Source: a virus (Duplodnaviria > Caudoviricetes). From it: a stretch of DNA of 64,000 nt. The first letter of the stretch is position 1; the number at the start of each line of letters is the position of its first letter. The position numbers and the translations under genes are program-made. Location of the stretch: IMG/VR virus record IMGVR_UViG_3300048998_000149, positions 36,510-100,509 of that record; one strand, given 5' to 3'. Below, in pieces: positions 8,391-17,277 of the stretch. The notes beneath the pieces were generated by a model that worked only from the letters and a program-made list of their open reading frames with translations, was not told the origin of the DNA and ran no database searches.

Positions 8391-8585
8391 ATGGAGCCAC
8401 CGTCCAGTCAGGCTGTCAGCATCAACCGGGCAGTCGAGCTCATGTTCGACGCGTTCGACCTCGCCGAGGAAGGCGAACACAGCCTCGGCTACTACAACCG
8501 CCCGAGCGGTGTCGTCGATGCGCAGGCCGCCGAGATCGTCAGGGCACTCCTAGCGGCCGGCTGGCAGGTGCCGTCCGATGACTGA
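8391..8585 (+). CDS. Hypothetical protein
   Basis: Leaderless ATG; AEIVRALLAAGW-type phage motif. Confidence 0.55.
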   Translation: MEPPSSQAVSINRAVELMFDAFDLAEEGEHSLGYYNRPSGVVDAQAAEIVRALLAAGWQVPSDD

Positions 8586-8820
8586 CCCGCAGCGCTGCTC
8601 AACGTGCGACAAGCTCCCACCGCTGGCATTCCTCGCGCCCACCGTGCACTGCCGCGTCGCGGAGTTCGTCCTCGAAGCTGACGACCACGGCAACCACATC
8701 ACCGTGCACGCCGCCCAGACCTACAGCCGTAAAGGGCTGACAGACAACCCGGCAGCCCTCAACGTCGAGCAAGCCCAACGGCTCCGCGACTGGCTCACCA
8801 CCTGGCTAGACCGCCAATGA
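8578..8820 (+). CDS. Hypothetical protein
   Basis: Coupled ORF. Confidence 0.55.
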   Translation: MTDPQRCSTCDKLPPLAFLAPTVHCRVAEFVLEADDHGNHITVHAAQTYSRKGLTDNPAALNVEQAQRLRDWLTTWLDRQ

Positions 8821-9044
8821 GCGAGCTGCGTCCGTGCCTCGTCGCCACCGCAGGCGTGCCCCTGAAGATCTACCACCACTGCCCCAACGGGGAGGCTTGC
8901 AGCTGCACCGTCGTAGTCGACCCGCCCGAACTGGCCGACCGCCTCCAGCTCATCCACATCCCGGCAGACCCGCAGCAGCCCACAACGATGCGCGTCAACA
9001 TCCGACACTCCGACGAGTGGACCAACCTAGAGGTCATCGAGTGA
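8817..9044 (+). CDS. Hypothetical protein
   Basis: ATGA overlap. Confidence 0.5.
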   Translation: MSELRPCLVATAGVPLKIYHHCPNGEACSCTVVVDPPELADRLQLIHIPADPQQPTTMRVNIRHSDEWTNLEVIE

Positions 9045-9226
9045 CCGACCGAGTCGGTAAGCGTCGCACCCTGAAGTACCGCATGACAGGCGCCGTGCTG
9101 ATCGCCACGGCATCCCTCGTCGCCATGGCAGCCCTACTGCAAGCACAGATGACCTGGCAGGCATACGGCGTCCACGCCCTCGGCCTACTCGCCATCATCC
9201 TCCGGCTCAACATCGGCTGGCGATGA
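9041..9226 (+). CDS. Small membrane protein
   Basis: GTGA overlap; two hydrophobic helices. Confidence 0.5.
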   Translation: MTDRVGKRRTLKYRMTGAVLIATASLVAMAALLQAQMTWQAYGVHALGLLAIILRLNIGWR

Positions 9227-9292
9227 CGAATAACGGGCCATCCCGTCCAATCGTGCGAGACCAAACGCGCGCGGGTATACGGCGTGCGCCTG

Positions 9293-9658
9293 CTATTGGC
9301 TGCAGTGGTGCCGCTTCCCGTGCTTGTGGTGCTTGCCGTGCCGATGCTTGCCGTGGTGCTTGTGCACCCGGTGATGCCCGGCGGCCCGTGTCACGCGATG
9401 CGGCGTCTTCGCTGTCGTGGCGTGTTTGGCCACAGGCTTGGCGGCATGTGCAGCGGGCGCCGTGACGACCGGTGTGGCCTCAACAGGGGCGGGGTGCACT
9501 GCGGGTGGGGTCGGGGCGGATAGCTCGGCTGGCTGCTGCTGAGCGGCCGGCGCAGGCGTGTCGTCGAGGTTGATCGAGCTGCCCAACAGCACGCCGAGCA
9601 CGCCGGCGGCTGCGAGCAGCATCGGTAATCGACTTCGGGGCTTGCGGTGACGGTTCAC
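9293..9658 (-). CDS. Exported Pro/Ala-rich protein with His/Lys-rich tail
   Basis: RHRKP + hydrophobic signal; C-terminal HHRVHKHHGKHRHGKHHKHGKRHH. Confidence 0.55.
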   Translation of the reverse strand: MNRHRKPRSRLPMLLAAAGVLGVLLGSSINLDDTPAPAAQQQPAELSAPTPPAVHPAPVEATPVVTAPAAHAAKPVAKHATTAKTPHRVTRAAGHHRVHKHHGKHRHGKHHKHGKRHHCSQ

Positions 9659-9659
9659 G

Positions 9660-9860
9660 TCAGGCGAAGCGAGCGAACGGAACGTCGACCACGGGCTTGC
9701 CGTCTTCGTCCTCGATGCGCCCACAGGTGGCGCACTCGGCCCAGTCGCTATTCGGGGCGGCCAGCTTGCCGTCGCGGTAGATCGGCGAGAACCAGCTGTG
9801 CGCGTGCCCGAACTTGCAGGTGTTCTGCGACTTCGGGTTGCTCTGGCACTTCGTGGCCAT
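9660..9860 (-). CDS. Small Cys/His hypothetical protein
   Basis: AGGAG RBS; CxxC. Confidence 0.55.
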   Translation of the reverse strand: MATKCQSNPKSQNTCKFGHAHSWFSPIYRDGKLAAPNSDWAECATCGRIEDEDGKPVVDVPFARFA

Positions 9861-9945
9861 CGGGTTCTCCTGGCGTGGTGGTGGTGTGGCCGGGCGGTCG
9901 CCGAGTGGGCTCAGGCTGGCTGAGCCCCTCGGGTGTTACGTCCGG

Positions 9946-10170
9946 TCAGAACTGGGTGCGGTAGAACTTGCCGCCGCGGCTGACAGCGTCAGCGGCGTGC
10001 GTCCACGTCACGTCGATGCAGCGCCCATTCCGATCGACAACTCGCGCGTAGCCCCAAACCGGGCTGCTGATCTGGGCCGGCTGGCCGTCCAGGGTGACGC
10101 CCTTCGCACGGCACAGCTCGGAGCGCTTGTCGGCGGTGAGTACGTCGCTGGTGGTGGTCGTGGTGGTCAT
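9946..10170 (-). CDS. Hypothetical protein
   Basis: AGGAGG RBS. Confidence 0.65.
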   Translation of the reverse strand: MTTTTTTSDVLTADKRSELCRAKGVTLDGQPAQISSPVWGYARVVDRNGRCIDVTWTHAADAVSRGGKFYRTQF

Positions 10171-10376
10171 GTGGTGCCTCCTGTGAGATGGGGTGGGAGC
10201 TCAACCTGTCTGACGTAATCATACACCGGATCTGCCGGATGTGCCATACCTAAGGTGGGGAAACGGGCCGCGCCGCCCTAAAGGGGTGGGGGGCGACGCG
10301 GCCCCGCTGGGGAGCTGGCCTAGTGGGAGAAAACAAAGCGGCGACCGCTTAACAAAGCGACGACCGTTCGGCGCAG

Positions 10377-11459
10377 CTAGCGCCAGGCGTTCAGGATCGG
10401 CGGCACCGACAGATCCAACGGCGGGTACGAGTCGCGGGTAGTGGACCGGCCACTACGGCGCAACGCCAACCGGCCCGACTGGATCAGGAACGGCTCCACA
10501 TCGGCCGACAGCTCCCTCGGGTTCATCCCCAATGCGGTAGCTAGCGGGTTGATGCCGATCGGACCGCCCTTGAACGTCGTCGCCAACGTTTGCAGCACAC
10601 GCCGGTCACGTCCGTCTAGGCCGTACTGGTCGACGCCGGCGTACTCCATGCCCTGCAACGCGGTCTCAGCGTCCAGCACAGCGGCCGGATCGCCGGTCAG
10701 GTCATCGGAGTACACCTGCACCGCACCCAACAGTTCCAGGGCCTTACGGGGCGTCGAGCGGGATGCGCCCGCAATGACCAGGGCAGCATCGACGTCGAGG
10801 TGGATGCCAGCCTCTTCGCAGTGCGACAGCAGCAGCATCGCCAAGTCGTCCACCGCATACGGCTCGATGTGCGCGTGGAACTTGAACCTGTTCCGCAGCG
10901 GGGCCAACACCGAACCCGGCTCGGTCGTCGCGGCGATCAGAGTGAACGGCGCCAGCTGCACAGTCTGCGGGCCATCCTCGCTGGGCATGATGGCAAACCC
11001 GTCCTGCATCGCGTTGTACAGGCCTTCCTGGACGCTGTGGTGCACGCTGTGCACTTCATCCAGGAACAGCACATCGTTGGGCCGCAGCATCGACAGGGTT
11101 ATGGCCAGCGACCGCGCATCGGGCAGCGCGTTCGGCATCACCTGGTGGAACGTCGATGCCACACCCTCAGCGACCAGCTCGCCGTGAACAGCCTGCGCAA
11201 TGAGCGTCTTCCCGAACCCGGGCGCACCATCCAGAAACACATGGCCGGCGGCCTGCCCGCGCAGCTTCGCCGAACGGATCAGCGACCCGAGCCGCATCGT
11301 CAACTCGGGCTGGCCGATCACATCGGACAGCCGCTTAGACGGAGGCTCGGGCACTACCTCAGGTTCGGGTTCGTCGGACACCACACGCAAGGCCCGCGGC
11401 TTGGGGGCCACGATGCCGTGCTTCGCGGCGAGCCGCTCGAACGGGCTGGGGCTGGTCAT
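10377..11459 (-). CDS. ruvB: RuvB-like Holliday junction branch-migration AAA+ ATPase
   Basis: DVIGQ, Walker A GAPGFGKT, Walker B FLDEVH, FTLIAATT, PLRNRF, TPR, GLD..D, GGPIG, EPFLIQ.G wHTH. Confidence 0.88.
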   Translation of the reverse strand: MTSPSPFERLAAKHGIVAPKPRALRVVSDEPEPEVVPEPPSKRLSDVIGQPELTMRLGSLIRSAKLRGQAAGHVFLDGAPGFGKTLIAQAVHGELVAEGVASTFHQVMPNALPDARSLAITLSMLRPNDVLFLDEVHSVHHSVQEGLYNAMQDGFAIMPSEDGPQTVQLAPFTLIAATTEPGSVLAPLRNRFKFHAHIEPYAVDDLAMLLLSHCEEAGIHLDVDAALVIAGASRSTPRKALELLGAVQVYSDDLTGDPAAVLDAETALQGMEYAGVDQYGLDGRDRRVLQTLATTFKGGPIGINPLATALGMNPRELSADVEPFLIQSGRLALRRSGRSTTRDSYPPLDLSVPPILNAWR

Positions 11460-11539
11460 TGCTTGGCTCCTCGGGAGCTGGGTAGTGCAGGTCTGGCAAC
11501 CAGGAACGGCCCTGTCGCATGCAGGGCCGAAGCTGGTGG

Positions 11540-11683
11540 TCAGAGCAGGTCGAACATGGCGGCTGTAGCTGCCCTGTGGGCAGCCTCAACCTGGGTGCGC
11601 ACGTCGGTAGGGGTGTCGTCCGTGAGGGCGTCCAGTGCAGCCTGAGCGGCATCCAGCGCGGCGAACACATCGACGATGGCCAT
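11540..11683 (-). CDS. 47-aa helical hypothetical protein (not in ORF track)
   Basis: GAGGAG RBS; MAIVDVFAALDAAQAALDAL... Confidence 0.55.
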   Translation of the reverse strand: MAIVDVFAALDAAQAALDALTDDTPTDVRTQVEAAHRAATAAMFDLL

Positions 11684-11694
11684 GGCGTGTCTCC

Positions 11695-11868
11695 TCAGAG
11701 CTCGGGGTAGGCAGACGCGGCGAACACAGCGGCAACCTTCGCCGCCATGCGGGCAGCCTCACGGCCCTGACCCGACAGGGCAGCCACAAACAGCGGGCCA
11801 ATCGTCGGCTCGTCCACCACGGGGCGGTCGTGGTCCCAGTCGCTGTGCGGGTTGTATGGAGCGGACAT
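11695..11868 (-). CDS. 57-aa hypothetical protein (not in ORF track)
   Basis: GGAGG RBS; MSAPYNPHSDWDHD... Confidence 0.55.
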   Translation of the reverse strand: MSAPYNPHSDWDHDRPVVDEPTIGPLFVAALSGQGREAARMAAKVAAVFAASAYPEL

Positions 11869-11949
11869 CTGGTGCCTCCGTGGGGTGGGGTCGGAGCAGG
11901 TCTGGCGACCAACGCGACGCCCTGGGGGTGCAGGGCGCCGCGCAAGCGG

Positions 11950-12153
11950 TCAGGCCTGGTACATGCGGTAGATGCCAATCGGGCGGATCGCGTGGGTGGT
12001 GACGGCGGTACGCAGCACCTGGGCGTTGCGACCCTTGACGCCGGCGGCGTAGGCGTCGGCGTGGGCTTCGGTGTCGAACAGGAACGGCACGGTGTGGGTG
12101 CGGTGGGCGTTGCCGCTCAGGTCTGCGGCGGTGATCGCGACGGTGGTGGTCAT
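11950..12153 (-). CDS. Hypothetical protein
   Basis: GGAGG RBS before ATG 12153. Confidence 0.6.
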   Translation of the reverse strand: MTTTVAITAADLSGNAHRTHTVPFLFDTEAHADAYAAGVKGRNAQVLRTAVTTHAIRPIGIYRMYQA

Positions 12154-12242
12154 GTGGTGCCTCCGTGAAGCTGGGAGCCCGGGGTGGGGAGCTCTTGGTG
12201 TATGACCTGAGTCTACTCCCAATGCAGTGAGGTGGGGGGTTT

Positions 12243-12274
12243 GTGACCATCCTGTGACATCACAGGATGGTCAC
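12243..12274. repeat. Perfect 15-bp inverted repeat upstream of terL
   Basis: GTGACCATCCTGTGA-CA-TCACAGGATGGTCAC. Confidence 0.85.
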
Positions 12275-12440
12275 GGGTAGGGCACAAGGTGGTGACGGTG
12301 ATCAAGTCACGGTCAGGTCACAACTCGGTAACCCCCCCCCTGTTGATCAACACCCGGGGCCCCAGGGCAAGGGTTTAATTTCGTCCGTATTTTTGCGGGA
12401 TTTTTTGCGGAGACATTTCTTGATCATCTGAGGGGGTCTG

Positions 12441-13847
12441 ATGCCTGATCCGCAGGTGGTTGAGGCTCCTCTGGCGAAGCTGGAGCTTCTGGCGCGGTTG
12501 CAGGCGCAGCAGGCGGAGTTGCAGCGGCGGATCGCCAAGATGGCGCCACCGAGGCCCCGTGCGTGGCATGAGCAGGCTCGGACGGCGCAGTTGCCTCCGC
12601 CGGGTGATTGGGCGATCTGGTTGGTGTTGGCGGGCCGTGGGTTTGGGAAGACGAGGCTGGCGGCTGAGTGGATCGCCGAGCAGGCGGCTACGCATCCGGA
12701 TACGGAGTGGGCGATTGTGGCCCCGACGTGGAGGGATTGCCGCAAGACGTGCATTGAGGGGCCGTCGGGTTTGGTGCGGGCGTTGCTGCCTGGCGAGCTT
12801 GAGTCGATGAACGCGAGTGATTTGCAGATCCGGTTGAGCAACGGCTCCCGGATCTACGGGTACAGCGCGGATCGGCCTGACCGGCTGCGTGGCGCGAACT
12901 TGTCGGGCGCCTGGGTGGATGAGGCGGCGGCGATGGTGCACGCCGACGAGTTGTTCGGCGAGGCGTTGATGCCGGCGCTGCGGATCGGCGAAAACCCCAG
13001 GGTGTTGATCACGACGACGCCTCGGCCGGTGAAGTTGCTGCGCGACTTGTTGGCGCGCGACGACGGCACGGTGGCGGTCGTTCGGGGTTCGACGTGGGAC
13101 AACGCGAAGAACTTGTCGCGGACGGCGCTAGCGGAGTTGCGGGCCCGGTATGAGGGCACCCGACTGGGCCGCCAGGAGCTCGAGGGTGAGCTGCTGGAGG
13201 ACATTGAGGGTGCGCTGTGGTCGCGGGAGATTCTCGACGGCACCAGGGTTGATCGGGCTCCGACGTTGGCGCGGATCGTGGTGGGTGTCGACCCCGCTGT
13301 GACGTCCGGCGAGAAGTCCGACTACACGGGCATTGTGGTTGCCGGCCGGTCCCCCGATGGGCATCTGTACATCCTTGAGGACGCCACGATGAAGGGGACG
13401 CCGCACAACTGCATGTCGGCTGCTGTGTCGGCCTATCACCGTTGGCATGCCGACAGGATTGTCGGCGAGGTCAACAACGGTGGGGACTACATCGGCACCG
13501 TGTTGAAGACGATCGACGCGAACGCCGCGTACAGCACGGTTCGCGCGACCCGAGGGAAAGTTGTTCGGGCCGAACCGATTTCGGCGCTGTGGGAGCAGGG
13601 TCGCGGTCATATTGTCGGCGCGCTGCCGACGCTGGAAGACCAGATGTGCTCCTTCACGCCGGACACGAAAGAGTCGCCGGACAACATGGACGCCATGGTG
13701 TGGGCGGCCCACGAGTTGAATGTGGGCACGTCGGCGCTGGTGTACCTGTCGGCGATCTCCACGATGTGCGAGAAGTGCGAGATGCCCAACTCGAAGAAGT
13801 CGACGGCGTGTCGTGGTTGTGGCACTGCTCTGTCGTCGGCGGCTTAG
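12441..13847 (+). CDS. terL: Terminase large subunit with C-terminal zinc ribbon
   Basis: GRGFGKT Walker A, WVDEAA Walker B, TTTPRP, RQELEGE, GVDPA nuclease, SPD.MDA; CEKC...CRGC. Confidence 0.95.
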   Translation: MPDPQVVEAPLAKLELLARLQAQQAELQRRIAKMAPPRPRAWHEQARTAQLPPPGDWAIWLVLAGRGFGKTRLAAEWIAEQAATHPDTEWAIVAPTWRDCRKTCIEGPSGLVRALLPGELESMNASDLQIRLSNGSRIYGYSADRPDRLRGANLSGAWVDEAAAMVHADELFGEALMPALRIGENPRVLITTTPRPVKLLRDLLARDDGTVAVVRGSTWDNAKNLSRTALAELRARYEGTRLGRQELEGELLEDIEGALWSREILDGTRVDRAPTLARIVVGVDPAVTSGEKSDYTGIVVAGRSPDGHLYILEDATMKGTPHNCMSAAVSAYHRWHADRIVGEVNNGGDYIGTVLKTIDANAAYSTVRATRGKVVRAEPISALWEQGRGHIVGALPTLEDQMCSFTPDTKESPDNMDAMVWAAHELNVGTSALVYLSAISTMCEKCEMPNSKKSTACRGCGTALSSAA

Positions 13848-14302
13848 CGGCGGTTGGAGTACCAGGCTTGGCCGTGGGGCGGCTCGGGTGGCCTTTGGGT
13901 GGGACATGTGGTGGCGTGTGGTGTGCCGACGGGTAGACGGCAGCAGGTGTAGAAGTCGGGTACCCGGGTTTTCGCGGGCGCCATTCTGGATCCGAGTAGG
14001 GCTAGGCCGCCGAGGATCGCAACGGTGACCCCGATGGTGATGAGCACCCCGACCATGTTCGGGGTCGCTGCCGCTACGGGCGCGGCCGGGACGTGTACGG
14101 GTGGTGGCGCTGGGTGGCCTGTGATCGGGACGAACACGCCGTCGGGGCCTTGGGTCCAGCCAGGTGGGGCGGCGGCTTGAGGTGGGGTGCTGGTGCCGGC
14201 GATGCCGCCGATGGCGGCTACGGCTAGGAGCACGAGGAGACAGCCCGCGCCGCCACCGGATGAGTTTCGGGGCGTGCACGATCTGATGGTGCGTCGTGCC
14301 AT
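13844..14302 (-). CDS. Membrane protein
   Basis: Two hydrophobic segments separated by a Pro-rich linker. Confidence 0.5.
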   Translation of the reverse strand: MARRTIRSCTPRNSSGGGAGCLLVLLAVAAIGGIAGTSTPPQAAAPPGWTQGPDGVFVPITGHPAPPPVHVPAAPVAAATPNMVGVLITIGVTVAILGGLALLGSRMAPAKTRVPDFYTCCRLPVGTPHATTCPTQRPPEPPHGQAWYSNRR

Positions 14303-14313
14303 CCAGAACAACA

Positions 14314-14715
14314 TCACGCGCCACCCACCTGCGACTTCTGTCGCCGTAGCCGTTGACCACAGATGCGGCTGCACGTTGTGGGTGTGTGCTTGTACTTGTT
14401 CTGCGAGAACTCGATGCCGCAGATCGGGCAGTTGACCCAGACGTTGTAGGCGCCTTGGGCTTCTCTGACCGCCCGGGAGCAGTTCCCGGAGCAGAACCGT
14501 GAGCGATCCGGGAACGGCGTCGCATATTCAGTCCCGCAGCGATCGCAGTTGCGGGTGACGAAGTCGCGGTCTTGGAATTCGCTCCAGTCGCGGCGGCCAT
14601 GTTCGCGATGCCACGCGAGCCCTTCGGGGCTGCTGTGCCACGCCGCCGCGAGTGGCCGTATCCGCTCTAGGTGAGCGCGCCGGGCTTCGCTGTGGGCGCT
14701 CACGTCGCTTGTCAT
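14314..14715 (-). CDS. Zinc-binding protein resembling the DNA-binding C-terminal half of phage HNH endonucleases
   Basis: WHSSPEG.AWHREH, CDRC...FCSGNC, CPIC...CSRIC; no HNH core. Confidence 0.6.
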   Translation of the reverse strand: MTSDVSAHSEARRAHLERIRPLAAAWHSSPEGLAWHREHGRRDWSEFQDRDFVTRNCDRCGTEYATPFPDRSRFCSGNCSRAVREAQGAYNVWVNCPICGIEFSQNKYKHTPTTCSRICGQRLRRQKSQVGGA

Positions 14716-14721
14716 AGCAGC

Positions 14722-14750
14722 AAGATAACACCCCCACGGTAATGCGTCAA
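14722..14750 (-). promoter_or_regulatory. SigA-type leaderless promoter
   Basis: TTGACG-17 nt-TATCTT with extended TG, 6 nt before ATG 14715. Confidence 0.65.
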
Positions 14751-14800
14751 GGATGACCAGGCGTTTTGCCTAACTAAAACGAGGAAGAAGGGGTGAGTCC

Positions 14801-16723
14801 GTGTCGCGTCGTCGCCGCCGCCCCGCCCAGCAGGACAGGCCGCAGAGCAACGGGCCGGATGTTCGGCAGATTATCCAGGAGGAGCTGACCAAAGCCCTCG
14901 CGTTGCCCGCCGGCGCCACCGCCACAAACGTGACCGCCGGCTACCTTCAGCAGTTGCAGCAGGCCGGTAGCCCCCGCATCTCTGGGACGGCCGCGCTGAG
15001 CCGCGACCCGTACAACAACGTCTCCTTCGGGCCGGGCGTGCCGCTGTTCCCAGCGCCGATCGACCCGCTACTGCCCTCCGGTAGGCCAGCGCCGCGCCGC
15101 TCGGAATTCGACGTCTCATGGAACCTGCAAACCACCACCACCCGCAACGTGCCGTGGTCGGTGCTGCGGGACGCCGCCGACCAGGTGTCGGTGATGCGGT
15201 CCTGCATCGAAGTCAACAAGTCAGCGATCACCGGCCTGCAATGGTCGTTCGAGATTGACTCCGGACGGGCGCAGCACCTCGCTAAGCGCGCCGGAACCTC
15301 CAGCCATGCGGTCACGTCGGACTTGCAAGACAAATACGCCGACGACATGGACAGGCTGCACCAGTGGTGGCAGACGCCGGACCGCATCAACAACTGGACG
15401 TTCTCTGAGTGGCTCGGCGCGCTCCTCGAGGACCAGCTCGTGTTGGATGCGGTCGCGCTGTACCCGCACATGCAGATGAACGGCGACCTGCACTCGCTGG
15501 AGCTGCTGGACGCGACCACCATCAAGCCGCTGCTGGACCACCGTGGGGCCACCCCACAGCCGCCGTATGCCGCGTTCCAGCAGATCCTGTGGGGTTTCCC
15601 GCGCGGGGAGTACGCGCAGTCCCCTCCGGAGCAGGTCGACGCTTCCTTCGTCTCCGCGATCTACGGCCGCACCACAGGTATTGAGGCCGGCACCGACGCG
15701 CTGATCTACAAAGTGCGGAACCGGCGCACCCGCAGCCCCTACGGGTTCTCCAACGTCGAACAGGCGTTGGTGGATGTTGACCTGTGGTTGAAGCGGTTCG
15801 ACTGGTTGCGCTCCGAATACACCGCCGGTGTCACCCCAGAAATGATCGTCGGGGTTGACGCGAACATGACCCCCGAGCAGTTGAGAAGCTACGAGGCCGT
15901 CTTCAACGACGACCTGTCCGGCAGGACAGCCGAGAGGCACCGCGCCCGCTTCCTGCCGGCCGGGTTCACCACCAGCTACCCGCAGTCGCACGACGCGAAG
16001 TTCAACTCCGATTTCGACCTGCACCTGATCCGGCTGATCTGCGCGGCGTTCGATGTGCTGCCCACCAGCATCGGATTTAGCCCGAACCACGGCATGGGCG
16101 GCATGGGCGGCCAAGGCCACCAGCAGGGCGAACAGGACAGCCAGCTGCAACGCGGCACCAAACCCACCGCCACATGGATCACAGACCTGGTCAACAAGGT
16201 TTGCGTCCACTACCTGGGGATGCCGCCCGAGGTGACGTTCCGCTTCCACGGGCTCGACCAAGAGGACGAGCAGAAGGAAGCGACCCTCCTCGGCGGCTAC
16301 GTCAACGGCGGCCTGAAAACCCTCAACGAAGGCCGGGACCAGCTCAGCCTGCCCCGCTACGACTTCGAAGAGGCCAACCAGCCGTTCCTGTCCACCCCCA
16401 CCGGGCCTGCGTTTCTGAACGTTGAGGTGCAGCCCGTTGGGATGCCAGGGAACTTGCCGTCGGCGGCACAAAACCAGCCGCAAAGCCAGCCCGCCAAGGA
16501 ACCGGCGTCCACGCCGGAACCGCAGGGCGAGCAGGCGCAGGACGCCAAGCGCACCGAGCAGAAAGCGTTCATGACGTTCCTGCGGAAACGCGCTGGCGGG
16601 GCGTGGCGGGACTTCACCTTCACCGCCCACCCGCAGTCGGTCGCGGAAGCCGCAAACCGGCTGGCCGCCGCCGGCGATGTGGACGCCGTCAAGGCGCTGT
16701 TCGCCATGAACGAGGGGGATTGA
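14801..16723 (+). CDS. Portal protein
   Basis: Follows terL; LEDQLVLDA..LY, LDATTIKPL, PYGFS.VE, ICAAFDV.P.SIG, TLNEGR. Confidence 0.9.
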   Translation: MSRRRRRPAQQDRPQSNGPDVRQIIQEELTKALALPAGATATNVTAGYLQQLQQAGSPRISGTAALSRDPYNNVSFGPGVPLFPAPIDPLLPSGRPAPRRSEFDVSWNLQTTTTRNVPWSVLRDAADQVSVMRSCIEVNKSAITGLQWSFEIDSGRAQHLAKRAGTSSHAVTSDLQDKYADDMDRLHQWWQTPDRINNWTFSEWLGALLEDQLVLDAVALYPHMQMNGDLHSLELLDATTIKPLLDHRGATPQPPYAAFQQILWGFPRGEYAQSPPEQVDASFVSAIYGRTTGIEAGTDALIYKVRNRRTRSPYGFSNVEQALVDVDLWLKRFDWLRSEYTAGVTPEMIVGVDANMTPEQLRSYEAVFNDDLSGRTAERHRARFLPAGFTTSYPQSHDAKFNSDFDLHLIRLICAAFDVLPTSIGFSPNHGMGGMGGQGHQQGEQDSQLQRGTKPTATWITDLVNKVCVHYLGMPPEVTFRFHGLDQEDEQKEATLLGGYVNGGLKTLNEGRDQLSLPRYDFEEANQPFLSTPTGPAFLNVEVQPVGMPGNLPSAAQNQPQSQPAKEPASTPEPQGEQAQDAKRTEQKAFMTFLRKRAGGAWRDFTFTAHPQSVAEAANRLAAAGDVDAVKALFAMNEGD

Positions 16724-17163
16724 TGCTGGGCAGACGTAAGGCGGCCAAGTCGGTCGCTGCGCATGACCAGCAGATCACCCACCACTACGTGATCGCGTAC
16801 CCCGAACACGCACCTCGGGAGGGCGACCCGCACTACCGGGATTTCGAGGCGTACCGCCGCCGCACCGCTGGGCTCGCTCAGTGCCAGTTCGCGCTGGACA
16901 CCGGGGACAAGTCCGAGTGCAAGGGCGGCTTCGAGCTCCACCACGCCCACATCGAGTTTTCGATGCAGAACGGCGTCGACCTGAAGCGGCTCGAGCGCGC
17001 CTACCCGGGCGTGTCCGACCCGGACGAGGTCGGCGCGTGGGTCGAGTCAGCAGACAACCTGATCTATCTGTGCGCTTGGCATCACCGCGGTCACGGCGGC
17101 GTCCATTCCGCCGCTGCGGCTGACTACGAGGCGTCGAAATTCGTCAAAAAGCTGATCACGTAG
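16723..17163 (+). CDS. HNH-like His/Cys-rich protein
   Basis: ELHH...NL..LC.WHH...GVH pattern; TGATG coupling to portal. Confidence 0.6.
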   Translation: MLGRRKAAKSVAAHDQQITHHYVIAYPEHAPREGDPHYRDFEAYRRRTAGLAQCQFALDTGDKSECKGGFELHHAHIEFSMQNGVDLKRLERAYPGVSDPDEVGAWVESADNLIYLCAWHHRGHGGVHSAAAADYEASKFVKKLIT

Positions 17164-17277
17164 CCCTCGCTGAGCAGTGACCAACGCCGAACACCAGGCC
17201 GTTTTCGCAGGTCAACGCACCCATGCGGCCGTCCTAGTGGGACAAAGCCCACGCGTACTTAAGGAGCACGGACCCAC

